Source: an uncultured Thermodesulfobacteriota bacterium (lineage in GTDB: Bacteria > Desulfobacterota > WTBG01 > CAIYCZ01 > CAIRTM01). From it: 64,000 bases of DNA. Within the stretch, counting starts at the first letter, position 1, and each line of letters starts with the position of its first letter. A model generated the notes under the pieces. It saw only the letters and a list, made by a program, of their open reading frames with translations, made no database searches and had not been told where the DNA came from. The stretch covers positions 2,736-66,735 of the forward strand of contig CAZFIB010000012.1 of NCBI GenBank assembly GCA_964518865.1. The letters are read 5' to 3'. The translations under genes and the position numbers were made by a program. Of the stretch, positions 21,873 to 31,405 are shown piece by piece.

Positions 21873-22352
21873 ATGGAAAAGGCTGTAGGCAAGGAAATGC
21901 CCTGGGAACAGCAGCGGCAGATTCTGATTGAAACCGCGGCGCTGAAGCTTCCGATGCTGTATCAGTCGCTTGTGGGTCTGTACGGCGAGGAAAAGGGCAG
22001 GAAGATCTATGACGAGCTGTTTGAGGAAAACTTCAAAAAAAGATCGGCCCGTTTTGCCGATAAAGACATCGGCGACATCATGATGGCGGAGATCGACATG
22101 TTTCCGGCAATGGGATGGAAGCTCTGGGTGGAAAAAAAGGAGGCTGACGGCGAAACCGCATGGTTTGAGCATCTCGAAAAATGCCCCCACCTTGAAGCGA
22201 CCAGAAAGTATAAGCTGCCCGACCCCTGCCCGCTCATCTGCGACATGGACTGTGTCATGGGCGAAAAGTACAGGATCGCGCGGTGGGAGCGTCTGAAACA
22301 TATGCCGGCGGGTGATTCCGAATGCTGTTTCAAGATTACCCGATGCAAATAA
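21873..22352 (+). CDS. ATC-hydrolase / V4R-like ligand-binding protein
   Basis: KCPHLEA..PCPLICDMD..HMPAGDSECCFKI Cys pattern; SD AGGAGG before ATG 21873. Confidence 0.7.
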   Translation: MEKAVGKEMPWEQQRQILIETAALKLPMLYQSLVGLYGEEKGRKIYDELFEENFKKRSARFADKDIGDIMMAEIDMFPAMGWKLWVEKKEADGETAWFEHLEKCPHLEATRKYKLPDPCPLICDMDCVMGEKYRIARWERLKHMPAGDSECCFKITRCK

Positions 22353-22387
22353 CACAACACCGACATTCACCGGAAGGAGGATTTTCC

Positions 22388-23185
22388 ATGATGAACAGCA
22401 CAAAAAAAAGTCGAAAGAGTTTTTTTCTGACAACAGCGGTTATGCTGTGTGCAGCACTGCTGGTGTGCAGTCCGGCAGCGGCACAGACCCTTGATTTTAT
22501 CGGCAGCGCCAAGCAGAGCCTCAGCACATTCATGCAGGAAACCGTTCCGTTCGATGAAAAGTATGAGCACTACGAGGGTGACGGCGGTTCGATCGACCTT
22601 GAGGTATACACGGCGGATAAAATCGAAAAAATCGTTTTTTCTTCCATCCAGATCGAGGAGACCAACGTCTCGGAAGAGTCCGTCTTTATCTATCCTGCTG
22701 AAGGGTATGAATTTCCGGTGTTCTGGGCAAACATGACGCGCTTTGGCATTATGACGATTTTTATTTTCGACTTCCTGCCCCTGCAGGACCTTATCATGTC
22801 CCCGGAATACGGCGAGCAGTACATTCAGCCGCTCAAAACGACCAAGGATACGGTTACGGGTGATATCCTGAAGAACAAAATTCGGGACAAATCGCTTGAG
22901 CTCGACAGCCTGGCGATGTATGTCTATTCACCCTACAGGATGGTCGTCATGGTTTCATTCTTAGGAGCGCTGAAGGTAGCGGAAGTGGTCGATGCCTATG
23001 CCCAGAGCTACATCTCCCTGTGCAACGCAGCCCAGGAACTGCCCGACGGCGATGCCAGGGACTATGCAACCGACAAGCTGGCGGCGCTGCGGAATCTTCT
23101 CAAGGAGAATGACCCGGGCTATCCGATTATGGTGGAGACGTTCGGCGAGGCCGCCACGCTGGAAATCATGGAAGTCATTTTCTGA
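22388..23185 (+). CDS. Signal-peptide-bearing protein with a ferredoxin-dependent bilin reductase / RCCR-like fold
   Basis: Sec signal ending PAAA-Q; FIYPAEGYEFPVF, FDFLPLQD, YSPY, NDPG..FG..IF motifs. Confidence 0.6.
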   Translation: MMNSTKKSRKSFFLTTAVMLCAALLVCSPAAAQTLDFIGSAKQSLSTFMQETVPFDEKYEHYEGDGGSIDLEVYTADKIEKIVFSSIQIEETNVSEESVFIYPAEGYEFPVFWANMTRFGIMTIFIFDFLPLQDLIMSPEYGEQYIQPLKTTKDTVTGDILKNKIRDKSLELDSLAMYVYSPYRMVVMVSFLGALKVAEVVDAYAQSYISLCNAAQELPDGDARDYATDKLAALRNLLKENDPGYPIMVETFGEAATLEIMEVIF

Positions 23186-23215
23186 CGACGGTTAATCCAG
23201 TAAGCGATTTTTTTG

Positions 23216-23252
23216 AAGGACGGCCGCGGGAGTTTCCCCGGCCGTCCTTTTT
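23216..23252 (+). terminator. Rho-independent terminator
   Basis: aaggacggccg..cggccgtcc followed by a T-tract. Confidence 0.75.
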
Positions 23253-23545
23253 AGTGGTACGCCCGGACGAAGCCGGATCCTGCGGTAGCGCCGCGGCTTG
23301 ATGGTACGGGATTTATTCAGTATCCCCTGCGCGTGGTTTTCAGTGATTACATTTATACTATAAGTCTGTTTTTCCGCAGGTCAAGCTTACCCCCTGCCCG
23401 CTTTTCCGGCAGCAAAAAAAATCATCCTGCCCACTTGACTTCGAAAAAACCGTTTTTATTATTCGAGAAGAAACGTACACCAAACAACAAACGAACTACG
23501 GAAACATAGGGTACACATCAAAACAGCAGGATACGGAAAGGAGGC

Positions 23546-24004
23546 ATGGCTATGCAGGTACGATGGTATGACGGCTTTATGCCCACGTATAACGATTTTT
23601 TCAGACTGCGGGACGAGCTGGACCAGATATTCGACATAGGGCTTCCGCTGTCGAATATTCGCAGCGTTCCGCGGGGAACCTTCCCTGCAATCAACATGCA
23701 GGAAGCCCAGGATGCGGTCAGCATTCAGGCGCATCTTCCCGGCATCGACCCGAACGAAATCAAGCTTTCGATTGAAAACAACACGCTTTCCATTGCCGGA
23801 ACCCGCGAAACCGCTGCCGCCGATGTAAAAACCAATTATCACCGTCGGGAGCGTTACAGCGGCCCGTTTTCAAGAATCATAAGCCTGCCGGAGGGGCTCG
23901 ATGCCGAAAAGGTCGAAGCACACTATCGTGACGGTATTTTGAACATCAGCATCGCAAAAGCCGAGGAAAAGAAACCGAAACAGATCAGTGTTTCAGTAGG
24001 ATAA
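23546..24004 (+). CDS. Hsp20/alpha-crystallin small heat-shock protein
   Basis: FPAINM, LPGID, RRERYSGPFSR, YRDGILNISI. Confidence 0.95.
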   Translation: MAMQVRWYDGFMPTYNDFFRLRDELDQIFDIGLPLSNIRSVPRGTFPAINMQEAQDAVSIQAHLPGIDPNEIKLSIENNTLSIAGTRETAAADVKTNYHRRERYSGPFSRIISLPEGLDAEKVEAHYRDGILNISIAKAEEKKPKQISVSVG

Positions 24005-24020
24005 GAAAGGAGGGACAGCC

Positions 24021-24416
24021 ATGGCTGATAAAAACGTCCAATCGGTCGCACGAACCGAAAAATCCGATCCGGCGGAAATCGCCCGCGATGCCCTGGTCCC
24101 CCCGGTCGACATTTACGAGGATCAGGACAGTGTGACGCTTCTTGCCGATCTGCCCGGTGTTGCAAAGGACGGTCTGGATGTGCATATCGACAAAGACACC
24201 CTGCAGATCTCCGGCAGCCGCACGGCGGTCGACAGCGGGCAGGTGAAAAATCAGTATACCGAGTTCCCGATGAAAGACTACTATCGCGCATTTACCATCG
24301 GCGATGAAATCGATCGCGATAAGATATCGGCTCAGATGAACAGCGGTGTTTTGAAAGTCGTACTGCCGAAGGCTGAAAAAGCAAAACCGAAAAAAATAAA
24401 CATTAAAATTTCCTGA
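24021..24416 (+). CDS. Hsp20 small heat-shock protein
   Basis: PPVDIYE, ADLPGV, GVLKVVLPKAE. Confidence 0.95.
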   Translation: MADKNVQSVARTEKSDPAEIARDALVPPVDIYEDQDSVTLLADLPGVAKDGLDVHIDKDTLQISGSRTAVDSGQVKNQYTEFPMKDYYRAFTIGDEIDRDKISAQMNSGVLKVVLPKAEKAKPKKINIKIS

Positions 24417-24481
24417 AACCGAACACGCTCGGCAGGCTGTGTGCAAACAGCCTGCCGAAAGACACAAGGGGGGTGAAAACC

Positions 24482-24958
24482 GTGTCTCTGACGCTGTGGA
24501 AAGACAAAAGCCCGGCACATCTGCTTGACGATCTCAAAGGCCAGCTCGACCGCTGGTTCGGCGAGTACTTTTCAAAAAACAAGGAGGCTGTCCCGCAAGA
24601 AAGCATCTTCAGCGAGCGCGGTTCGCTGCTGCGCTTCCCTGCGGTCGACATCGAGGAGCGTGATGACAAATACATCGTGCATGCCGAGATACCGGGCATG
24701 AAAAAGGATGAAATCGATGTGCAGTATCACGACGGTTACCTGACGATACGCGGAGAAAAAAAGTTCGAACACGAAGAGAAGAAGAAAGATTTCCACCGCA
24801 TCGAGCGCTCCTACGGCAGCTTCCACCGCACGTTTGAAATCCCGGAGGATATACGCGAAGACGCGATAACCGGTGAGTACAGAAACGGAGTGCTTGAAAT
24901 CAAGCTTCCCCTGCAGTCTCCGGAGAAGCGGCGGGTAAGAAAAATACAAATCGACTAA
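24482..24958 (+). CDS. Hsp20 small heat-shock protein
   Basis: PAVDIEE, AEIPG, IERSYGSFHR, YRNGVLEIKLP. GTG start at 24482 or 24473. Confidence 0.93.
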   Translation: MSLTLWKDKSPAHLLDDLKGQLDRWFGEYFSKNKEAVPQESIFSERGSLLRFPAVDIEERDDKYIVHAEIPGMKKDEIDVQYHDGYLTIRGEKKFEHEEKKKDFHRIERSYGSFHRTFEIPEDIREDAITGEYRNGVLEIKLPLQSPEKRRVRKIQID

Positions 24959-25252
24959 TGGCGTCCTTGACACCGTTCTGCATCTGCAGAACGGTGTCGC
25001 ATTACCCCTCGTCCGCTTCAGTACCATGCCCGTATCAAGAAACATATTTCTGTGTGCCAACCGTGTAGCCCCGCTTCGATTTTCGATGACGGTCATATAA
25101 ATTCAGCCCGGCCCTTGACGTGACGGTATAACTCTTTGTATTGTTAATAATTAACGGCGTATCTATGAGATACAGTACGGTACTGTAATACTTCGTTCCG
25201 GTATCGCCCAATGAAAGCGCAGAGCGGCTGCCAATCGAAAAAGGAGTTTGCC

Positions 25253-25600
25253 ATGACCGAACGTGAAGATCACAGGCCCTGGGGCTATTATGACGTACTT
25301 GCCGATACGGATACCTTTAAAATCAAGCGCATTGTCGTGTATCCCGACAAGCGCCTGAGCCTTCAGCGCCACCAGCGCCGCAGCGAGCACTGGTTTCTGC
25401 TTGCGGGGCGGGCCGACGTTACCCTTGACGATACTATCGTGCCGCTGGAGCCGGGAAAGGCGGTAGATATCCCCCGGGGTGTTGCCCACCGCATCGAAAA
25501 CACCGGCAGCGGGGATGTGGCGTTCATCGAAATCCAGACCGGTGATTATTTCGGTGAGGACGATATCGAGCGGATCGAGGATGATTACGGCAGAGCATAA
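25253..25600 (+). CDS. Cupin, mannose-6-phosphate isomerase type II C-terminal-like
   Basis: RPWG, LSLQRHQRRSEHW, EIQTGDYFGEDDIERIEDDYGR. Confidence 0.92.
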   Translation: MTEREDHRPWGYYDVLADTDTFKIKRIVVYPDKRLSLQRHQRRSEHWFLLAGRADVTLDDTIVPLEPGKAVDIPRGVAHRIENTGSGDVAFIEIQTGDYFGEDDIERIEDDYGRA

Positions 25601-25674
25601 AACGCTGTTTTCAGTGAGCAGAATCGCTTCTTCGACTTGTCAGCCCTTCCGAATCTCGAACACAGGGAGAAATC

Positions 25675-26148
25675 ATGGGTGAGCCGTCCGACATTGAAAT
25701 CCGCACTGCAAAAATCGATGACCTTGCGCTCATTTTTCATCTGGGAGAAAAAATATTTACATCACAGGAAATTTCCAACCTGTACCGCACGTGGGATGAA
25801 TTCGAGGTGACCGGGCTGTTTAACAGCGAGCCGGACTATTTGCTGGTGGCCGAAACATGCGGACGGGTTGTGGGATTTGCCATCGGCACCACCATTGAAA
25901 AAGCACGCTCGGCCTGGAAATACGGCCACCTGCTCTGGCTGGGGGTGGATCCCGCGTTCGCCCGCCAGGGGGTCGGTGCAAAGCTGTTCGATTGCTTCCG
26001 TGAAATCATGGAGGAAAACGGCGTGCGCATGCTGCTGGTTGATACGCAGGCCGACAATATGGCGGCCATAGAGTTTTTCCGCCTGAAAGGCTTCAACAAC
26101 CCCACCGACCACGTCTATATGACGCTGAATCTTCAGAAAGAAGAATAA
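25675..26148 (+). CDS. GNAT family N-acetyltransferase
   Basis: LGVDPAFARQGVG, N..AIEFF..KGF. Confidence 0.92.
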   Translation: MGEPSDIEIRTAKIDDLALIFHLGEKIFTSQEISNLYRTWDEFEVTGLFNSEPDYLLVAETCGRVVGFAIGTTIEKARSAWKYGHLLWLGVDPAFARQGVGAKLFDCFREIMEENGVRMLLVDTQADNMAAIEFFRLKGFNNPTDHVYMTLNLQKEE

Positions 26149-27254
26149 TGTCCGAACGATCCGCAGTTATAAACCGGGAGCGTCTCTTCTCCCTGTTTCG
26201 CGACATGGTTGATATATACAGCCCGTCCGGAAAGGAGGAGGAGCTGGCCTGCTTTTTATCGGACTACCTCGAACGTAAAGAGTTTCCCGTGTGCAGGCAG
26301 CCGGTGGATGAAACGCGATACAACCTGCTCGTTTCAATCGGCGATGCAGTACCCGACACACTTTTTTTCGGTCATATCGATACCGTACCCGCCTTCGACA
26401 TAGAGCAGTACGGCTTTTCCGTCAGCGAGGGATTATGCCGCGGCCTCGGTGCCGCCGACATGAAAAGCGGGTGCGCTGCCATGATCGAGGCTTTTAATGC
26501 TGTCCGGGAGGCCGGTCGGCTGCCGGATAACGTTTTGCTTGCCCTGGTGGTCGGAGAAGAAGAGGCCGGCGACGGGACGCAGGCTTTGCTGGAAACACAT
26601 CGATTCGAGCAGGCCCTGGTCGCTGAACCCACAGATGTACACCCCTGTCTTGAACACTTCGGATACATTGAAATGGAGGTCAGCGCTTTCGGCTCCCGAC
26701 GTCATGCCGCCATGTCGGACCGTGACACCAATGCCATCCGGGCTCTGCTGCGCTTTCTGCTGCAGCTGGAAGCGCGCGTCGAGTCTGACGGATACGATTC
26801 GGTTCTGAACATCCGTGATCTGCACAGCTCCGAATCCGGCTTTGCTGTGCCCGACTGCTGTGCAACCGGTATCGATCTGCATATACCTCCCGGAATCTCA
26901 GCACGCAGCTATGCCGATGAGCTTTGTCCGTTTGTGGAACGAGAGCTTGTGCGGGGAGGGGCTTCCCGGTATGAGCTTGATTTTCCGACACTTGCAGACG
27001 GCTTTCGGACCGACACTCAGGAACGTCTTCCCCGGCAGCTCCAAAAAATTTACCGCGCACAGGGCCTGCCCTGGTCCCCGCGCTCGTTTAAAAGCCACTC
27101 GGATGCCAACATGCTGAGAGATGCGGGATGCAGCCCGGTTATTCTCGGCCCCGGTCAGCTTGCAAAGGCACACACGCGGGATGAGTCTGTCGATTTCGAG
27201 CAGGTTGTCCGTGCGGCGCAAATTTATACCCTGCTGCTGGCCGACGGCTGCTGA
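26148..27254 (+). CDS. M20 family metallohydrolase (ArgE/DapE-like)
   Basis: GHIDTV, GLGAADMKSG, VGEE, AEPT, GPG..AHTRDE. Confidence 0.92.
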   Translation: MSERSAVINRERLFSLFRDMVDIYSPSGKEEELACFLSDYLERKEFPVCRQPVDETRYNLLVSIGDAVPDTLFFGHIDTVPAFDIEQYGFSVSEGLCRGLGAADMKSGCAAMIEAFNAVREAGRLPDNVLLALVVGEEEAGDGTQALLETHRFEQALVAEPTDVHPCLEHFGYIEMEVSAFGSRRHAAMSDRDTNAIRALLRFLLQLEARVESDGYDSVLNIRDLHSSESGFAVPDCCATGIDLHIPPGISARSYADELCPFVERELVRGGASRYELDFPTLADGFRTDTQERLPRQLQKIYRAQGLPWSPRSFKSHSDANMLRDAGCSPVILGPGQLAKAHTRDESVDFEQVVRAAQIYTLLLADGC

Positions 27255-27301
27255 GAGCGGATTTTGATGCAGGTGTTTACAGAGATGAACGGTCCGTATC
27301 T

Positions 27302-28603
27302 TCAGCCTGATTTCTGCGTTAGCTGTAACGGCGGCGTCCAGCTGGTCACGCCGGGTGCACGTCTGCCCCATGTGTTGTTATGCTTATCCGGCCGGCCGGT
27401 AAAAAATCTTACAATCATCCTGTGCAGCATGTTCATATTCGGAAGAATACCATGAAACCCCGACATTTCGGTCAGGGCCTTGTCCTGAACTTCCCAGTAG
27501 CCGAAGTCGTCCGGTGTTACACAGACCAGGCTGGATGGATTTATAAACTTCGGTGTCGCCCCATTGAACGGCACGGTTCCGTCACCGGTTAATTTTTGTT
27601 TTTCAGGGTGATCTCCGGTATTCCACTCATTTCTGCGGTCTGATGATCTGAATATAAATTCAGCTGCCCTTCCCCTCCTTTTGGTTTCCAGGCCGACTCG
27701 CGTAACCGTATCGACGCCGACAATCGCGAGCCAGTCTTCTTTGTTCAATCCGGCATCAGCCGGCCTGAACGTATCCGTTCTGGCACGATGTTTTTTTGCT
27801 TTTTTCAGCAGATGTGCAAAGAGCTCTTCAGCAGCGGCTTTTCTGTTTTTGGTATCGAGGCCCTGCAACCGAATAAACTCCTCTAATGACGCCAAAACAC
27901 TCGGCTGCCAGTTTTTCGGATCGAACAAATCATAATCCTGTGCCGAATAATAGTTATTGTCAAAGCTCGGTAACAGGTGATACAGGGAGGGAGTGATGCG
28001 TGCCGCTTCCCGTTCGCGTGAGCTCGGAGGGGTTGTCCCGAGGCTGGCGGTTCCTGTCGTTATTTTGATTACGGCCTCGAAAGATCCCTGAAACGGCGTT
28101 GCGAGGGTAACGACCTTATTGACGGGAGCCGACTTTTTCTTTTTTTCAAGATATCCGGTAATGATGAGGCCGCCCATCGAATGGCCGACAAGATTTACTT
28201 TTGCGTCTTCGGCATAGCCGGCCTTGTGATAATGCTTGAGAAGTTTGGTCCTGTTGATTACCTCTTCGATAAACAAATCCAGCTCATCTTCAACGGTGGC
28301 CAGCGGCATGCGCCAGTCATAGTTGAATGCATACACCGGCACGGGAACATCTTCTCTAGTTCGCAGATTGTAACGCAATTCCTCCAGTATCTCTTTGTAT
28401 GCCACCTCATATACCTGATCCGGTTTTAAGCGTGCCGGTTCTTTTGCCTCATAGCGCAGGTCATCGGGATGCAGAGATATCCGCTCATAGTTTTGAGAGC
28501 AGTCCATTACCTTCCAGACAGTTTCCGGCGGCAGTTGGTACTCATCGCGTAAATATGTCGCCGTAATGCCGGGCACAAGAATGACAGGACAGGACGGTTT
28601 CAT
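27302..28603 (-). CDS. LCAT-like lipase/acyltransferase (alpha/beta hydrolase)
   Basis: VILVPG, YDWR, GHSMGG, TPFQGS, GDGTVP, FHG. Confidence 0.88.
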   Translation of the reverse strand: MKPSCPVILVPGITATYLRDEYQLPPETVWKVMDCSQNYERISLHPDDLRYEAKEPARLKPDQVYEVAYKEILEELRYNLRTREDVPVPVYAFNYDWRMPLATVEDELDLFIEEVINRTKLLKHYHKAGYAEDAKVNLVGHSMGGLIITGYLEKKKKSAPVNKVVTLATPFQGSFEAVIKITTGTASLGTTPPSSREREAARITPSLYHLLPSFDNNYYSAQDYDLFDPKNWQPSVLASLEEFIRLQGLDTKNRKAAAEELFAHLLKKAKKHRARTDTFRPADAGLNKEDWLAIVGVDTVTRVGLETKRRGRAAEFIFRSSDRRNEWNTGDHPEKQKLTGDGTVPFNGATPKFINPSSLVCVTPDDFGYWEVQDKALTEMSGFHGILPNMNMLHRMIVRFFTGRPDKHNNTWGRRAPGVTSWTPPLQLTQKSG

Positions 28604-28682
28604 GAAAGCCCCTTTTTATGTGCTTGGTATATTATTGATCGAGAATCATTTTTCGAACCGGAGGCTCAGGTACAGAGTCCCT

Positions 28683-31145
28683 TCAGCCAAGCCTGCGCTC
28701 GATGAGCGGCAGGATTTTTACAAGTATGCGTCGCAGCGCGCGCTGAACAAACGGCGAGTCTTCCAGCATGGCCTTCACGCGGGGGGCCGTGCGGTAGTAT
28801 GCTCTGATCAGCAGCTTTCCCGGTTTTGTCTTTATAAGCTTTTCATCGCGGAAGCGCCGCAGTATCTCCAGTTCGTCCTCAGCGAGCAGCAGTGCGAACG
28901 GGCACCAGCCCTCCGGCTCGAACACCAGCAGCTCGACCGTGTCCTGGCCGGTCAGCCCCCCGGTGTCCATTACCTCGAGGGTTACCGTGTAGAGGTCGGG
29001 AGCATCGTAGCGGTGAAATACGGTGGGCTCGCCCGCATATTCAGTATCCCAGGTGCCGTCTGATTCGAAATCCCAGCGGGCAACAAGGCTTTCCAGCGGG
29101 TCCTCGGCATCACTTGAATCGACGGCAAAAAACTCGAACTCGGTGTCGACGTCACCCTCGGGCGGCTCGATACGGGCAACAGCCGCCGGGGCGGTATTGC
29201 CGCCCGCAGAAACCGTGCTGGTCGTCGTGCCGCCCCCGGAAGCCGTCGTGGTCGTGGAGGAGGCGCTGCCGGTCACGACCACCTGCTGGGTGGCGACATC
29301 ATACAGGCCGCCCGAATCGATAACCACAAGCTCCGCATCATAGGTGCCTGCCGCCGGATACTGGTGCGTTGCGGTCTTCGCGGTGCTGAACTGCGTATCG
29401 AACATGCCGTCGCCGTCAAAGTCCCACATGACCTCCAGTGCGGATGCGCTGTCCTCGGCATCGCTGCACCCCGAGGCGTCGAAGGTGAACGTCGTTGCGG
29501 TGTCGCCGGATGAAGGGCTCACGCTAAAGGAGGCCGCCGGGTCGGTGTTGCCGCCGGCAGCAGACACGACCTTTACCTGCTGGGTTGCCTGGTCGGTGAG
29601 CCCCCCGGTGTCCTCCACCTCGATCGTAATGGTGTAGGTGCCGTCAGTCAGGTAGGTGTGGCTTGCCGTGGTGTCTGCGGCTATCGTGTCGTCCCAGGCA
29701 CCGTCGGTTTCCCAGTCGATCGTTACATTCAGGGCGGCAACGGGGTCTTCGGCGTCGGAGCTTGCAAAGGGCTCGAGCACGAAGGCGGTCGAGGTGTCTC
29801 CCACGGTCGGGCTGACGCTGAACGCGGCTGTGGGCGCGGTGTTGCCCGCAGGCGCGCTTGTGGTGGTCGTGGAGCCCCCGGGCGCGGTGGTCGTGGTTGA
29901 GGATGCTGAAGAGAACCCAAAAAGAGATCCGTTAACAACATCCGATCCTGCGGCAGAATCCGTCTGTGTTTGAAGACATGTTCCGCTTGCGGCGCACGCA
30001 AGATCGTAAAGGAGTTCCACCGATGCAGTATTTGTGCTGATCGAGAGGGGGTTTGCGGTGATACCGGCAGCCCCTTCGGGCACATACTGTCCCCAGGTGT
30101 CCCAGTTGTTGCTGCTGCTGCTCCAAACCACCAGATAGCCGAAATCCGGGATTTTTGCTGCCTGCGGATAGCGGTCATACGCATTTGCAATGTCGCCGAT
30201 ACTGAGTGTGCTCGTCCCCAGCGTTCCGTCACCATCTGCCAGCCGCCCTTTTATCTGATCGGGCGTCAGGTTTGCACCGTCTTCCCACACAACCAGGAAT
30301 TCATCGTCACCAGCCGCTATCTTCGGCTGTCCCTGATGTCTGGTATCCGAGACGATTTTGATTTCGCTGATTGCGGTTGTTCCTGAGAGGTTCGCCGGCA
30401 ACAGCTTGCCGTAGATGTCGGATATATAGGTGGTCGGATCCGAGTGTTCATAAACTACCAGGTATTCATTGCGGTCGGCATTATATGCAACATCGACCCA
30501 GGACCGGTCCATACTGTCTCCCCCGCTGTCCCAGCCGGTGGCGATGTTGACCAGACTATACAGGTTCAAATCGCCGGCTCGCACACGCCGTGCATACACA
30601 TCGGTCTCGAAACTTGTAGTATTTGACCGTTCCCAGCAAACCAGAAATTCATCGTCATTGCTGTTATAGGCAACCCGGGCGCCGCCGTAATTGTCGGAGG
30701 TGGAAGGGGCCTGTATTGTTTCGGTTTTTTCAACCGTACCGTCACTTTTGATCAGCGTTGCATAGATGGCGAAGTCTGTCTGATAGACAACCAGATATGT
30801 ATCCTGCTTTATACTGTAGGCGGCATCGGGGTAATCACTGTCAGCACTGCTTGATACGGCAATATCGATGGTGCTTCCGACGGCTGTGCCGTTGCTGTCG
30901 ACCAGTAGTGCTCGAATATCCTTATTGTTCGAAACCCCTGAAACATATTCGGTCCAGACAACAAGATACCCACCCGTTGTTGTGTTCGGGGCAACGGCAC
31001 CGTAGGTGCTTTTGTCGATTCCGTCACCCTTTACGATATCAACCTGCGTGAACGAAATCGAGGGGGTCTGTGCATAAGCCGCACACACATTTACCAAAAA
31101 ACAGAATGTAAAAACAGCGATGAGTTGAGACAGTTGCGCTTTCAT
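28683..31145 (-). CDS. Secreted repeat protein with 3 PKD domains and a CFI-box-CTERM-like tail (paralog of 18881-21007)
   Basis: Signal peptide; YLVVW/FLVVW repeats; PKD block and CPFALLL..LRRFRD..YYRTAP tail. Confidence 0.85.
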   Translation of the reverse strand: MKAQLSQLIAVFTFCFLVNVCAAYAQTPSISFTQVDIVKGDGIDKSTYGAVAPNTTTGGYLVVWTEYVSGVSNNKDIRALLVDSNGTAVGSTIDIAVSSSADSDYPDAAYSIKQDTYLVVYQTDFAIYATLIKSDGTVEKTETIQAPSTSDNYGGARVAYNSNDDEFLVCWERSNTTSFETDVYARRVRAGDLNLYSLVNIATGWDSGGDSMDRSWVDVAYNADRNEYLVVYEHSDPTTYISDIYGKLLPANLSGTTAISEIKIVSDTRHQGQPKIAAGDDEFLVVWEDGANLTPDQIKGRLADGDGTLGTSTLSIGDIANAYDRYPQAAKIPDFGYLVVWSSSSNNWDTWGQYVPEGAAGITANPLSISTNTASVELLYDLACAASGTCLQTQTDSAAGSDVVNGSLFGFSSASSTTTTAPGGSTTTTSAPAGNTAPTAAFSVSPTVGDTSTAFVLEPFASSDAEDPVAALNVTIDWETDGAWDDTIAADTTASHTYLTDGTYTITIEVEDTGGLTDQATQQVKVVSAAGGNTDPAASFSVSPSSGDTATTFTFDASGCSDAEDSASALEVMWDFDGDGMFDTQFSTAKTATHQYPAAGTYDAELVVIDSGGLYDVATQQVVVTGSASSTTTTASGGGTTTSTVSAGGNTAPAAVARIEPPEGDVDTEFEFFAVDSSDAEDPLESLVARWDFESDGTWDTEYAGEPTVFHRYDAPDLYTVTLEVMDTGGLTGQDTVELLVFEPEGWCPFALLLAEDELEILRRFRDEKLIKTKPGKLLIRAYYRTAPRVKAMLEDSPFVQRALRRILVKILPLIERRLG

Positions 31146-31405
31146 ATCTGCCCTCCTGTAACTGTTGGAAATTTTTTACCGGAAATGTTTACCTGACTAT
31201 GTAGCATATGCAATGGTTGTCAGTAAAGTCACCCCTGGAGGCAGTAAGATGATAAAACCGCCTTTTTTATACTATCGGCATTTCTGCGGTTAATTTAATT
31301 TTTTTTAAGAATCTGCTATAGTCTTTATAGGTAGTCGCAGTAAAAAAGCCGGAACAGGAGCCGGCAACAGCATCTTTTCCTCAACAAATACCACGAGGTG
31401 CTCTT

